Below, piece by piece: positions 1 to 12,243 of a DNA stretch of 64,000 nucleotides; position 1 is the first letter of the stretch; each line of letters begins with the position of its first letter. Both the position numbers and the translations under genes were made by a program. The DNA comes from Eledone cirrhosa. Taxonomy: Eukaryota. The stretch is taken from contig OZ024743.1 in assembly GCA_964016885.1 (NCBI GenBank), positions 206,150,001 to 206,214,000 on the forward strand, read 5' to 3'. The notes below the pieces were generated by a model. The model worked only from the letters and a program-made list of their open reading frames with translations, had not been told where the DNA came from and made no database searches.

Positions 1-3000
1 AGAAATTACCTCTCCTTGTACGGCTGGAAATTATCTCCCCTTGAACGGCTGGAAATTATCTCCCCTTGGACGGCTGGAAATTATCTCCCCTTGGACGGCT
101 GGAAATTACCTCTCCTTGGACGGCTGGAAATTATCTCCCCTTGGACGGCTGGAAATTATCTCCCCTTGGACGGCTGGAAATTATTTCCCCTTGATTTTTT
201 TTACAAATTATCTCCCCCTGATTTTTTTTACAAATTATCTCCGCCTGATTTTTTAAAATATTATCTTCCCTTGGCTGGCGGGAAATTATCTCCCCTTGGA
301 CGCCTGGAAATTATCTCCCCTTGGAAGGATGGAAATTATCTCCCCTTGGACGGCTGGAAATTATCTCCCCTTGCACTGCTGGAAATTATCTCCCCTTGGA
401 CGGCTGGAAATTATCTGCCCTTGATTTTGTTTTTACAAATTATCTTCCCCTGATTTTTTTTACAAATTATCTCCACCTGATTTTTAAAAAAATTATCTCC
501 CCTTGGCTGGAAATTTTCTCCCCTTGGACGATTAGAAATTATCTCTCTTTGGACGGCTGGAAATTATCTCCCCTTGATTTTTTTTACAAATTATCTCCCC
601 CTGATTTTTTTTACAAATCTCCCAGTGATTTTTTAAAAAAAATTATCTCCCCTTCGCTGGCTGGAAATTATCTCCCCTTGGACGCTGGAAATTATAGCCC
701 CTTGGAGGGCTGGAAGTTATCTTCCCTTGGAGGGCTGGAAATTATCTTCCCTTGGACGGCTGGAAATTATCTCCCCTTGATTTTTTTTACAAATTATCTC
801 CCCCTGATTTTTTTTTACAAATTATCTCCCCCTGATTTTTTTTTACAAATTATCTCCTGATTTTTTTTACAAATTATCTCCCCTTGGCTGGCTGGAAATT
901 ATCTCCCCTTGGAGGCTGGAATTTATCTCCCCTTGGACGGCTAGAAATTACCTCTCCTTGGACGGCTGAAAATTATCTCCCCTTGATTTTTTTTACGAAT
1001 TATCTCCCCCTGATTTTTTTTTTACAAATTATCTCCCCCTGATTTTATTTTACATATTATCTACCCCTGATTTTTATTTACAAATTATCTCCCCCTGATT
1101 TATTTTACAAATTATCTCCGCCTGATTTTTTTAAATATTATCTTCCCTTGGCTGGCGGGAAATTATCTCCCCTTGGACGGCTGGAAACTATCTCCCCTTG
1201 GACAGCTGGAAATTATCTGCCCTTGATTTTGTTTTTACAAATTATCTCCCCCTGATTTTTTTTACAAATTATCTCCACCTGATTTTTTAAAAAACTATCT
1301 CCTCTTGGACGGCTGGAAATTATCTCCCCTTGGCTGGAAATTATCTCCCCTTGGACGGCTAGAAATTATCTCTCTTTGGACGGCTGGAAATTATCTCCCT
1401 TTGATTTTTTTTACAAATTATCTCCCTCTGATTTTTTTTACAAATCTCCCCTTGATTTTTTTAAAAAATTATCTCCCCTTCGCTGGCTGGAAATTATCTC
1501 CCCTTGGACACTGGAAATTATAGACCCTTGGAGGGCTGGAAATTATCTTCCCTTGGACGGCTGGAAATTATCTCCTCTTGATTTTTTTTACAAATTATCT
1601 CCCCCTGATTTTTTTTTTCAAATTATCTCCGCCTGATTTTTTTTTAAAAATTATCTCCCCTTGGCTGGATGGAAATTTTCTCCCCTTGGCCGGCTGGAAA
1701 TTATCTCCCCTTGGCTGGAAATTATCTCCCCTTGGACGGCTAGAAATTATCTCTCTTTGGACGGCTGGAAATTATCTCCCCTTGATTCTTTTTACAAATT
1801 ATCTCCCCCTGATTTTTTTTACAAATCTCCCAGTGATTTTTAAAAAAAAATTATCTCCCCTTCGCTGGCTGGAAATTATCTCCCCTTGGACGCTGGAAAT
1901 TATAGCCCCTTGGAGGCTGGAAATTATCTTCCCTTGGACGGCTGGAAATTATCTCCACTTGATTTTTTTTACAAATTATCTCCCCCTGATTTTTTTTTAC
2001 AAATTATCTCCCCCTGATTTTTTTTTTACAAATTATCTCCGCCTGATTTTTTTAAAAAAATTATCACCCCTTGGACGGCTGGAAATTATCTCCCCTTGGA
2101 CGGCTGGAAATGATCTCCCCTTGGACGGCTAGAAATTACCTCTCCTTGGACGGCTGAAAATTATCTCCCCTTGATTTTTTTTACCAATTATCTCCCCCTG
2201 ATTTTTTTTTTACAAATTATCTCCCCCTGATTTTATTTTACATATTATCTACCCCTGATTTTTTTTACAAATTATCTCCCCCTGATTTTTTTTTTACAAA
2301 TTATCTGCCCCTGATTTTTTTACAAATTATCTCCCCCTGATTTATTTTACAAATTATCTCCGCCTGATTTTTTTAAATATTATCTTCCCTTGGCTGGCGG
2401 GAAATTATCTCCCCTTGGACGGCTGGAAACTATCTCCCCTTGGACAGCTGGAAATTATCTGCCCTTGATTTTGTTTTTACAAATTATCTCCCCCTGATTT
2501 TTTTTACAAATTATCTCCACCTGATTTTTTAAAAAATTATCTCCCCTTGGACGGCTGGAAATTATCTCCCCTTGGCTGGAAATTATCTCCCCTTGGACGG
2601 CTAGAAATTATCTCTCTTTGGACGGCTGGAAATTATCTCCCTTTGATTTTTTTTACAAATTATCTCCCTCTGATTTTTTTTACAAATCTCCCCTTGATTT
2701 TTTAAAAAAATTATCTCCCCTTTGCTGGCTGGAAATTATCTCCCCTTGGACACTGGAAATTATAGACCCTTGGAGGGCTGGAAATTATCTTCCCTTGGAC
2801 GGCTGGAAATTATCTCCTTTGATTTTTTTTACAAATTATCTCCCCCTGATTTTTTTTTACAAATTATGTCCGCCTGATTTTTTTTAAAAAATTATCTCCC
2901 CTTGGCTGGATGGAAATTTTCTCCCCTTGGACGGCTGGAAATTATCTCACCTTTATGTCTTCTACAAATTATCTGGCCCTGATTTTTTTTACAAATTATC

Positions 3001-6000
3001 TCTCCCTGATTTTTTTTACAAATATCTCCCCTTGGCTGGCTGGAAATTATCTCCCCTTCGCTGGCTGGAAATTATCTCCCATTGGACGGCTGGAAATTAT
3101 CTCCCCTTGGACGCCTAGAAATTACCTCTCCTTGGACAGCTGTAAATTATCTCCCCTTGGACGGCTGGAAATTATCTCGCCTTGGACGGCTGGAAATTAT
3201 CTCCCCTTGATTTTGTATACAAATTATCTCCCCCTGATTTTTTTTTACAAATTATCTGCCCCTGATTATTTTTTTACAAATTAGCTCCGCCTGATTTTTT
3301 TTAAAAATTATCTCCCCTTGGACGGCTGGAAATTATCTCCCCTTGGACGGCTGGAAATTATCTCCCCTTGAACGGCTAGAAATTACCTCTCCTTGGACGG
3401 CTTAAAATTATCTCCCCTTGGACGGCTGGAAATTATCTCCCCTTGATTTTTTTACAAATTATCTCCCCCTGATTTTTTTTTACAAATTATCTCCCCCTGA
3501 TTTTTTTTTACAAATTATCTACCCCTGATTTTTTTTTCAAAATTATCTCCCCCTGATTTTTTTTTACAAATTATCTCCCCCTGATTTTTTTTTACAAATT
3601 ATCTCCCCCTGATTTTTTTACAAATTATCTCCCCTTAGCTGGCTGGAAATTATCTCCCCTTGGAGGCTGGAATTTATCTCCCCTTGGACGGCTGGAAATT
3701 ATCTCCCCTTGGACGGCTAGAAATTACCTCTCCTTGGACGGCTGGAAATTATCTCCCCTTGAACGGCTGGAAATTATCTCCCCTTGGACGGGTGGAAATT
3801 ATCTCCCCTTGGACGGCTGGAAATTACCTGTCCTTGGACGGCTGGAAATTATCTCCCCTTGGACGGCTGGAAATTATCTCCCCTTGGACGGCTGGAAATT
3901 ATTTCCCCTTGATTTTTTTAACAAATTATCTCCCCCTGATTTATTTTACAAATTATCTCCGCCTGATTTTTTTAAATATTATCTTCCCTTGGCTGGCGGG
4001 AAATTATCTCCCCTTGGACGGCTGGAAACTATCTCCCCTTGGACAGCTGGAAATTATCTGCCCTTGATTTTGTTTTTACAAATTATCTCCCCCTGATTTT
4101 TTTTACAAATTATCTCCACCTGATTTTTTAAAAAATTATCTCCTCTTGGACGGCTGGAAATTATCTCCCGTTGGCTGCAAATTATCTCCCCTTGGACGGC
4201 TAGAAATTACCTCTCTTTGGACGGCTGGAAATTATCTCCCCTTGATTTTTTTTACAAATTATCTCCCCCTGATTTTTTTTACAAATCTCCCAGTGATTTT
4301 TAAAAAAAAATTATCTCCCCTTCGCTGGCTGGAAATTATCTCCCCTTGGACGCTGGAAATTATAGCCCCTTGGAGGGCTGGAAATTATCTTCCCTTGGAC
4401 GGCTGGAAATTATCTCCCCTTGATTTTTTTTACCTATTATCTCCCCCTGATTTTTTTTTACAAATTATCTCCCCGATTTTTTTCTACAAATTATCTCCCC
4501 CTGATTTTTTTTTTACAAATTATCTCCGCCTGATTTTTTAAAAAAAATTATCTCCCCTTGGACGGCTGGAAATTATCTCCCCTTGGACGGCTGGAAATTA
4601 TCTCCCCTAGGACGGCTAGAAATTACCTCTCCTTGGACGGCTGAAAATTATCTCCCCTTGGACGGCTGGAAATTATCTCCCCTTGATTTTTTTACAAATT
4701 ATCTCCCTCTGATTTTTTTTTACAAATTATCTCCCCCTGATTTTTTTTTACAAATTATCTCCCCCTGATTTTTTTTTACAAATTATCTCCCCCTGATTTT
4801 TTTACAAATTATCTCCCCTTGGCTGGCTGGCAATTATCTCCCCTTGGAGGCTGGAATTTATCTCCCCTTGGACGGCTGGAAATTATCTCCCCTTGGACGG
4901 CTAGAAATTACCTCTCCTTGTACGGCTGGAAATTATCTCCCCTTGAACGGCTGGAAATTATCTCCCCTTGGACGGCTGGAAATTATCTCCCCTTGGACGG
5001 CTGGAAATTACCTCTCCTTGGACGGCTGGAAATTATCTCCCCTTGGACGGCTGGAAATTATCTCCCCTTGGACACTGGAAATTATTTCCCCTTGATTTTT
5101 TTTACAAATTATCTCCCCCTGATTTTTTTTACAAATCTCCCCCTAATTTAAAAAAAAATTACCTCCCCTTCGCTGGCTGGAAATTATCTCCCTTTGGACG
5201 GCTTGAAATTATAGCTGCTTGTAGGGCTGGAAATTATCTCCCCTTGGACGGCTGGAAATTACCTTTCCTTCGACGGCTGAAAATTATCTCCCCTTGGACG
5301 GCTGGAAATTATCTCCCCCTGATTTTTTTTTACAAATTATCTCCGCCTGATTTTTTTTTAAAAATTATCTCCCCTTGGCTGGATGGAAATTTTCTCCCCT
5401 TGGACGGCTGGAAATTATCTCCCCTTTATGTTTTCTACAAATTATCTACCCCTGATTTTTTTTTTACGAATTATCTCTCCCTGATTTTTTTTACAAATAT
5501 CTCCCCTTGGCTGGCTGGAAATTATCTCCCCTTGGCTGGCTGGAAATTATCTCCCCTTGGACGGCTGGAAATTATCTCCCCTTGGACGCCTAGAAATCAC
5601 CTCTACTTGGACAGCTGTAAATTATCTCCCCTTGGACGGCTGGAAATTATCTCGCCTTGGACGGCTGGAAATTATCTCCCCTTGATTTTGTATACAAATT
5701 ATCTCCCCCTGATTTTTTTTTACAAATTATCTGCCCCTGATTATTTTTTTACAAATTAGCTCCGCCTGATTTTTTTTTAAAATTATCTCCCCTTGGACGG
5801 CTGGAAATTATCTCCCCTTGGACGGCTGGAAATTATCTCCCCTTGAACGGCTAGAAATTACCTCTCCTTGGACGGCTGAAAATTATCTCCCCTTGGACGG
5901 CTGGAAATTATCTCCCCTTGATTTTTTTACAAATTATCTCCCCCTGATTTTTTTTTTACAAATTATCTCCGCCTGATTTTTTTTTAAAATTATCTCCCCT

Positions 6001-6553
6001 TGGACGGCTGGAAATTATCTCCCCTTGGACGGCTGGAAATTATCTCCCCTTGATTTTTTTTTCCAAATTATCTCCCCCTGATTTTTTTTTTACAAATTAT
6101 CTACCCCTGATTTTTTTTTCAAATTATCTCCCCCTGATTTTTTTTACAAATTATCTCCCCCTGATTTTTTCTTACAAATTAACTCCCCCCGATTTTTTTA
6201 CAAATTATCTCCCCCTGATTTTTTTTACAAATTATCTCCGCCTGATTTTTTTTAATATTATCTTCCCTTGGCTGGCGGGAAATTATCTCCCCTTGGACGG
6301 CTGGAAATTATCTCCCCTTGGAAGGATGGAAATTATCTCCCCTTGGACGGCTGGAAATTATCTCACCTTGCACTGCTGGAAATTATCTCCCCTTGGACGG
6401 CTGGAATATATCTGCCCTTGATTTTGTTTTTACAAATTATCTTCCCCTGATTTTTTTACAAATTATCTCCACCTGATTTTTTTTTACAAATTATCTCCCC
6501 CTGATTTTTTTTACAAATTATCTCCCCCTGATTTTTTTACAAATTATCTCCCC
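1..6553 (+). repeat. Higher-order repeat unit 1 (5' truncated, ~6.64 kb)
   Basis: Same order of rare variants as the unit starting at 6554 (GGACGCCTGG, GGAAGGATGG, GCACTGCTGG, GACGATTAGA, GGAAGTTATC). Equivalent ORFs at 321 and 6958 (offset 6637) and at 4146 and 11040 (offset 6894). Confidence 0.9.
3430..3622 (+). repeat. Example run of type B monomers, consensus AAATTATCTCCCCCTGA(T)7-10AC
   Basis: Seven consecutive units differing mainly in poly-T length. Confidence 0.95.
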
Positions 6554-6828
6554 TTGGCTGGCTGGCAATTATCTCCCCTTGGAGGCTGGAATTTATCTCC
6601 CCTTGGACGGCTGGAAATTATCTCCCCTTGGACGGCTAGAAATTACCTCTCCTTGTACGGCTGGAAATTATCTCCCCTTGAACGGCTGGAAATTATCTCC
6701 CCTTGGACGGCTGGAAATTATCTCCCCTTGGACGGCTGGAAATTACCTCTCCTTGGACGGCTGGAAATTATCTCCCCTTGGACGGCTGGAAATTATCTCC
6801 CCTTGGACGGCTGGAAATTATTTCCCCT
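6554..6828 (+). repeat. Example run of type A monomers, consensus AAATTATCTCCCCTTGGACGGCTGG (25 bp)
   Basis: About 11 consecutive 24-25-bp units with point variants (GGCAATT, GGAATTT, CTAGAAATTACCTCT, TTGTAC, TTGAAC). Confidence 0.95.
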
Positions 6829-9800
6829 TGATTTTTTTTACAAATTATCTCCCCCTGATTTTTTTTACAAATTATCTCCGCCTGATTTTTTAAAATATTA
6901 TCTTCCCTTGGCTGGCGGGAAATTATCTCCCCTTGGACGCCTGGAAATTATCTCCCCTTGGAAGGATGGAAATTATCTCCCCTTGGACGGCTGGAAATTA
7001 TCTCCCCTTGCACTGCTGGTAATTATCTCCCCTTGGACGGCTGGAAATTATCTGCCCTTGATTTTGTTTTTACAAATTATCTTCCCCTGATTTTTTTTAC
7101 AAATTATCTCCACCTGATTTTTAAAAAAATTATCTCCTCTTGGCTGGAAATTTTCTCCCCTTGGACGATTAGAAATTATCTCTCTTTGGACGGCTGGAAA
7201 TTATCTCCCCTTGATTTTTTTTACAAATTATCTCCCCCTGATTTTTTTTACAAATCTCCCAGTGATTTTTAAAAAAAAATTATCTCCCCTTCGCTGGCTG
7301 GAAATTATCTCCCCTTGGACGCTGGAAATTATAGCCCCTTGGAAGGCTGGAAGTTATCTTCCCTTGGAGGGCTGGAAATTATCTTCCCTTGGACGGCTGG
7401 AAATTATCTCCCCTTGATTTTTTTTACAAATTATCTCCCCCTGATTTTTTTTTACAAATTATCTCCCCCTGATTTTTTTTTACAAATTATCTCCTGATTT
7501 TTTTTACAAATTATCTCCCCTTGGCTGGCTGGAAATTATCTCCCCTTGGAGGCTGGAATTTATCTCCCCTTGGACGGCTAGAAATTACCTCTCCTTGGAC
7601 GGCTGAAAATTATCTCCCCTTGATTTTTTTTACGAATTATCTCCCCCTGATTTTTTTTTTTACAAATTATCTCCCCCTGATTTATTTTACAAATTATCTC
7701 CGCCTGATTTTTTTAAATATTATCTTCCCTTGGCTGGCGGGAAATTATCTCCCCTTGGACGGCTGGAAACTATCTCCCCTTGGACAGCTGGAAATTATCT
7801 GCCCTTGATTTTGTTTTTACAAATTATCTCCCCCTGATTTTTTTTACAAATTATCTCCACCTGATTTTTTAAAAAATTATCTCCTCTTGGACGGCTGGAA
7901 ATTATCTCCCCTTGGCTGGAAATTATCTCCCCTTGGACGGCTAGAAATTATCTCTCTTTGGACGGCTGGAAATTATCTCCCTTTGATTTTTTTTACAAAT
8001 TATCTCCCTCTGATTTTTTTTACAAATCTCCCCTTGATTTTTTTAAAAAATTATCTCCCCTTCGCTGGCTGGAAATTATCTCCCCTTGGACACTGGAAAT
8101 TATAGACCCTTGGAGGGCTGGAAATTATCTTCCCTTGGACGGCTGGAAATTATCTCCTTTGATTTTTTTCACAAATTATCTCCCCCTGATTTTTTTTTAC
8201 AAATTATCTCCGCCTGATTTTTTTTAAAAAATTATCTCCCCTTGGCTGGATGGAAATTTTCTCCCCTTGGACGGCTGGAAATTATCTCCCCTTTATGTCT
8301 TCTACAAATTATCTGGCCCTGATTTTTTTTACAAATTATCTCTCCCTGATTTTTTTTACAAATCTCCCCTTGATTTTTTTAAAAAATTATCTCCCCTTCG
8401 CTGGCTGGAAATTATCTCCCCTTGGACACTGGAAATTATAGACCCTTGGAGGGCTGGAAATTATCTTCCCTTGGACGGCTGGAAATTATCTCCTCTTGAT
8501 TTTTTTTACAAATTATCTCCCCCTGATTTTTTTTTTCAAATTATCTCCGCCTGATTTTTTTTTAAAAATTATCTCCCCTTGGCTGGATGGAAATTTTCTC
8601 CCCTTGGCCGGCTGGAAATTATTTCCCCTTGGCTGGAAATTATCTCCCCTTGGACGGCTAGAAATTATCTCTCTTTGGACGGCTGGAAATTATCTCCCCT
8701 TGATTCTTTTTACAAATTATCTCCCCCTGATTTTTTTTACAAATCTCCCAGTGATTTTTAAAAAAAAATTATCTCCCCTTCGCTGGCTGGAAATTATCTC
8801 CCCTTGGACGCTGGAAATTATAGCCCCTTGGAGGCTGGAAATTATCTTCCCTTGGACGGCTGGAAATTATCTCCACTTGATTTTTTTTACAAATTATCTC
8901 CCCCTGATTTTTTTTTACAAATTATCTCCCCCTGATTTTTTTTTTACAAATTATCTCCGCCTGATTTTTTAAAAAAAATTATCACCCCTTGGACGGCTGG
9001 AAATTATCTCCCCTTGGACGGCTGGAAATGATCTCCCCTTGGACGGCTAGAAATTACCTCTCCTTGGACGGCTGAAAATTATCTCCCCTTGATTTTTTTT
9101 ACGAATTATCTCCCCCTGATTTTTTTTTTTACAAATTATCTCCCCCTGATTTTATTTTACATATTATCTACCCCTGATTTTTTTTACAAATTATCTCCCC
9201 CTGATTTTTTTTTTACAAATTATCTGCCCCTGATTTTTTTACAAATTATCTCCCACTGATTTATTTTACAAATTATCTCCGCCTGATTTTTTTAAATATT
9301 ATCTTCCCTTGGCTGGCGGGAAATTATCTCCCCTTGGACGGCTGGAAACTATCTCCCCTTGGACAGCTGGAAATTATCTGCCCTTGATTTTGTTTTTACA
9401 AATTATCTCCCCCTGATTTTTTTTACAAATTATCTCCACCTGATTTTTAAAAAAATTATCTCCCCTTGGACGGCTGGAAATTATCTCCCCTTGGCTGGAA
9501 ATTATCTCCCCTTGGACGGCTAGAAATTATCTCTCTTTGGACGGCTGGAAATTATCTCCCTTTGATTTTTTTTACAAATTATCTCCCTCTGATTTTTTTT
9601 ACAAATCTCCCCTTGATTTTTTTAAAAAATTATCTCCCCTTTGCTGGCTGGAAATTATCTCCCCTTGGACACTGGAAATTATAGACCCTTGGAGGGCTGG
9701 AAATTATCTTCCCTTGGACGGCTGGAAATTATCTCCTCTTGATTTTTTTTACAAATTATCTCCCCCTGATTTTTTTTTACAAATTATCTCCGCCTGATTT

Positions 9801-12243
9801 TTTTTTAAAAATTATCTCCCCTTGGCTGGATGGAAATTTTCTCCCCTTGGACGGCTGGAAATTATCTCCCCTTTATGTCTTCTACAAATTATCTGGCCCT
9901 GATTTTTTTTACAAATATCTCCCCTTGGCTGGCTGGAAATTATCTCCCCTTCGCTGGCTGGAAATTATCTCCCATTGGACGGCTGGAAATTATCTCCCCT
10001 TGGACGCCTAGAAATTACCTCTCCTTGGACAGTTGTAAATTATCTCCCCTTGGACGGCTGGAAATTATCTCGCCTTGGACGGCTGGAAATTATCTCCCCT
10101 TGATTTTGTATACAAATTATCTCCCCCTGATTTTTTTTTACAAATTATCTGCCCCTGATTATTTTTTTACAAATTAGCTCCGCCTGATTTTTTTTAAAAA
10201 TGATCTCCCCTTGGACGGCTGGAAATTATCTCCCCTTGGACGGCTGGAAATTATCTCCCCTTGAACGGCTAGAAATTACCTCTCCTTGGACGGCTTAAAA
10301 TTATCTCCCCTTGGACGGCTGGAAATTATCTCCCCTTGATTTTTTTACAAATTATCTCCCCCTGATTTTTTTTTACAAATTATCTCCCCCTGATTTTTTT
10401 TTACAAATTATCTACCCCTGATTTTTTTTTTCCAAATTATCTCCCCCTGATTTTTTTTTACAAATTATCTCCCCCTGATTTTTTTTTACAAATTATCTCC
10501 CCCTGATTTTTTTACAAATTATCTCCCCTTGGCTGGCTGGAAATTATCTCCCCTTGGAGACTGGAATTTATCTCCCCTTGGACGGCTGGAAATTATCTCC
10601 CCTTGGACGGCTAGAAATTACCTCTCCTTGGACGGCTGGAAATTATCTCCCCTTGAACGGCTGGAAATTATCTCCCCTTGGACGGCTGGAAATTATCTCC
10701 CCTTGGACGGCTGGAAATTACCTCTCCTTGGACGGCTGGAAATTATCTCCCCTTGGACGGCTGGAAATTATCTCCCCTTGGACGGCTGGAAATTATTTCC
10801 CCTTGATTTTTTTTACAAATTATCTCCCCCTGATTTATTTTACAAATTATCTCCGCCTGATTTTTTTAAATATTATCTTCCCTTGGCTGGCGGGAAATTA
10901 TCTCCCCTTGGACGGCTGGAAACTATCTCCCCTTGGACAGCTGGAAATTATCTGCCCTTGATTTTGTTTTTACAAATTATCTCCCCCTGATTTTTTTTAC
11001 AAATTATCTCCACCTGATTTTTTAAAAAATTATCTCCTCTTGGACGGCTGGAAATTATCTCCCGTTGGCTGCAAATTATCTCCCCTTGGACGGCTAGAAA
11101 TTACCTCTCTTTGGACGGCTGGAAATTATCTCCCCTTGATTTTTTTTACAAATTATCTCCCCCTGATTTTTTTTACAAATCTCCCAGTGATTTTTAAAAA
11201 AAAATTATCTCCCCTTCGCTGGCTGGAAATTATCTCCCCTTGGACGCTGGAAATTATAGCCCCTTGGAGGGCTGGAAATTATCTTCCCTTGGACGGCTGG
11301 AAATTATCTCCCCTTGATTTTTTTTACATATTATCTCCCCCTGATTTTTTTTTACAAATTATCTCCCCGATTTTTTTCTACAAATTATCTCCCCCTGATT
11401 TTTTTTTTACAAATTATCTCCGCCTGATTTTTTAAAAAAAATTATCTCCCCTTGGACGGCTGGAAATTATCTCCCCTTGGAGGGCTGGAAATTATCTCCC
11501 CTAGGACGGCTAGAAATTACCTCTCCTTGGACGGCTGAAAATTATCTCCCCTTGGACGGCTGGAAATTATCTCCCCTTGATTTTTTTACAAATTATCTCC
11601 CTCTGATTTTTTTTTACAAATTATCTCCCCCTGATTTTTTTTTACAAATTATCTCCCCCTGATTTTTTTTTACAAATTATCTCCCCTTGGCTGGCTGGCA
11701 ATTATCTCCCCTTGGAGGCTGGAATTTATCTCCCCTTGGACGGCTGGAAATTATCTCCCCTTGGACGGCTAGAAATTACCTCTCCTTGTACGGCTGGAAA
11801 TTATCTCCCCTTGAACGGCTGGAAATTATCTCCCCTTGGACGGCTGGAAATTATCTCCCCTTGGACGGCTGGAAATTACCTCTCCTTGGACGGCTGGAAA
11901 TTATCTTCCCTTGGACGGCTGGAAATTATCTCCCCTTGGACGGCTGGAAATTACTTCCCCTTGATTTTTTTTACAAATTATCTCCCCCTGATTTTTTTTA
12001 CAAATCTCCCCCTAATTTAAAAAAAAATTATCTCCCCTTCGCTGGCTGGAAATTATCTCCCTTTGGACGGCTTGAAATTATAGCTGCTTGTAGGGCTGGA
12101 AATTATCTCCCCTTGGACGGCTGGAAATTACCTTTCCTTCGACGGCTGAAAATTATCTCCCCTTGGACGGCTGGAAATTATCTCCCCCTGATTTTTTTTT
12201 ACAAATTATCTCCGCCTGATTTTTTTTTACAAATTATCTCCCC
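6554..12243 (+). repeat. Higher-order repeat unit 2 (5,690 bp; lacks ~1.18 kb tail)
   Basis: Begins at TTGGCTGGCTGGCAATT. Equivalent ORFs recur at +5690 (6554/12244, 6958/12648, 7521/13211, 7887/13577, 8250/13940). Confidence 0.92.

Noticed and set aside
1660-1690. NF-kB/Rel-like sites (GGAAATTTTCTCC, GGAAATTATCTCC) and TTGGC pairing-centre-like motifs
   Set aside because: Matches to GGGRNNYYCC are imperfect, and TTGGC occurs only in minority variants. With the organism unknown these are unsupported.
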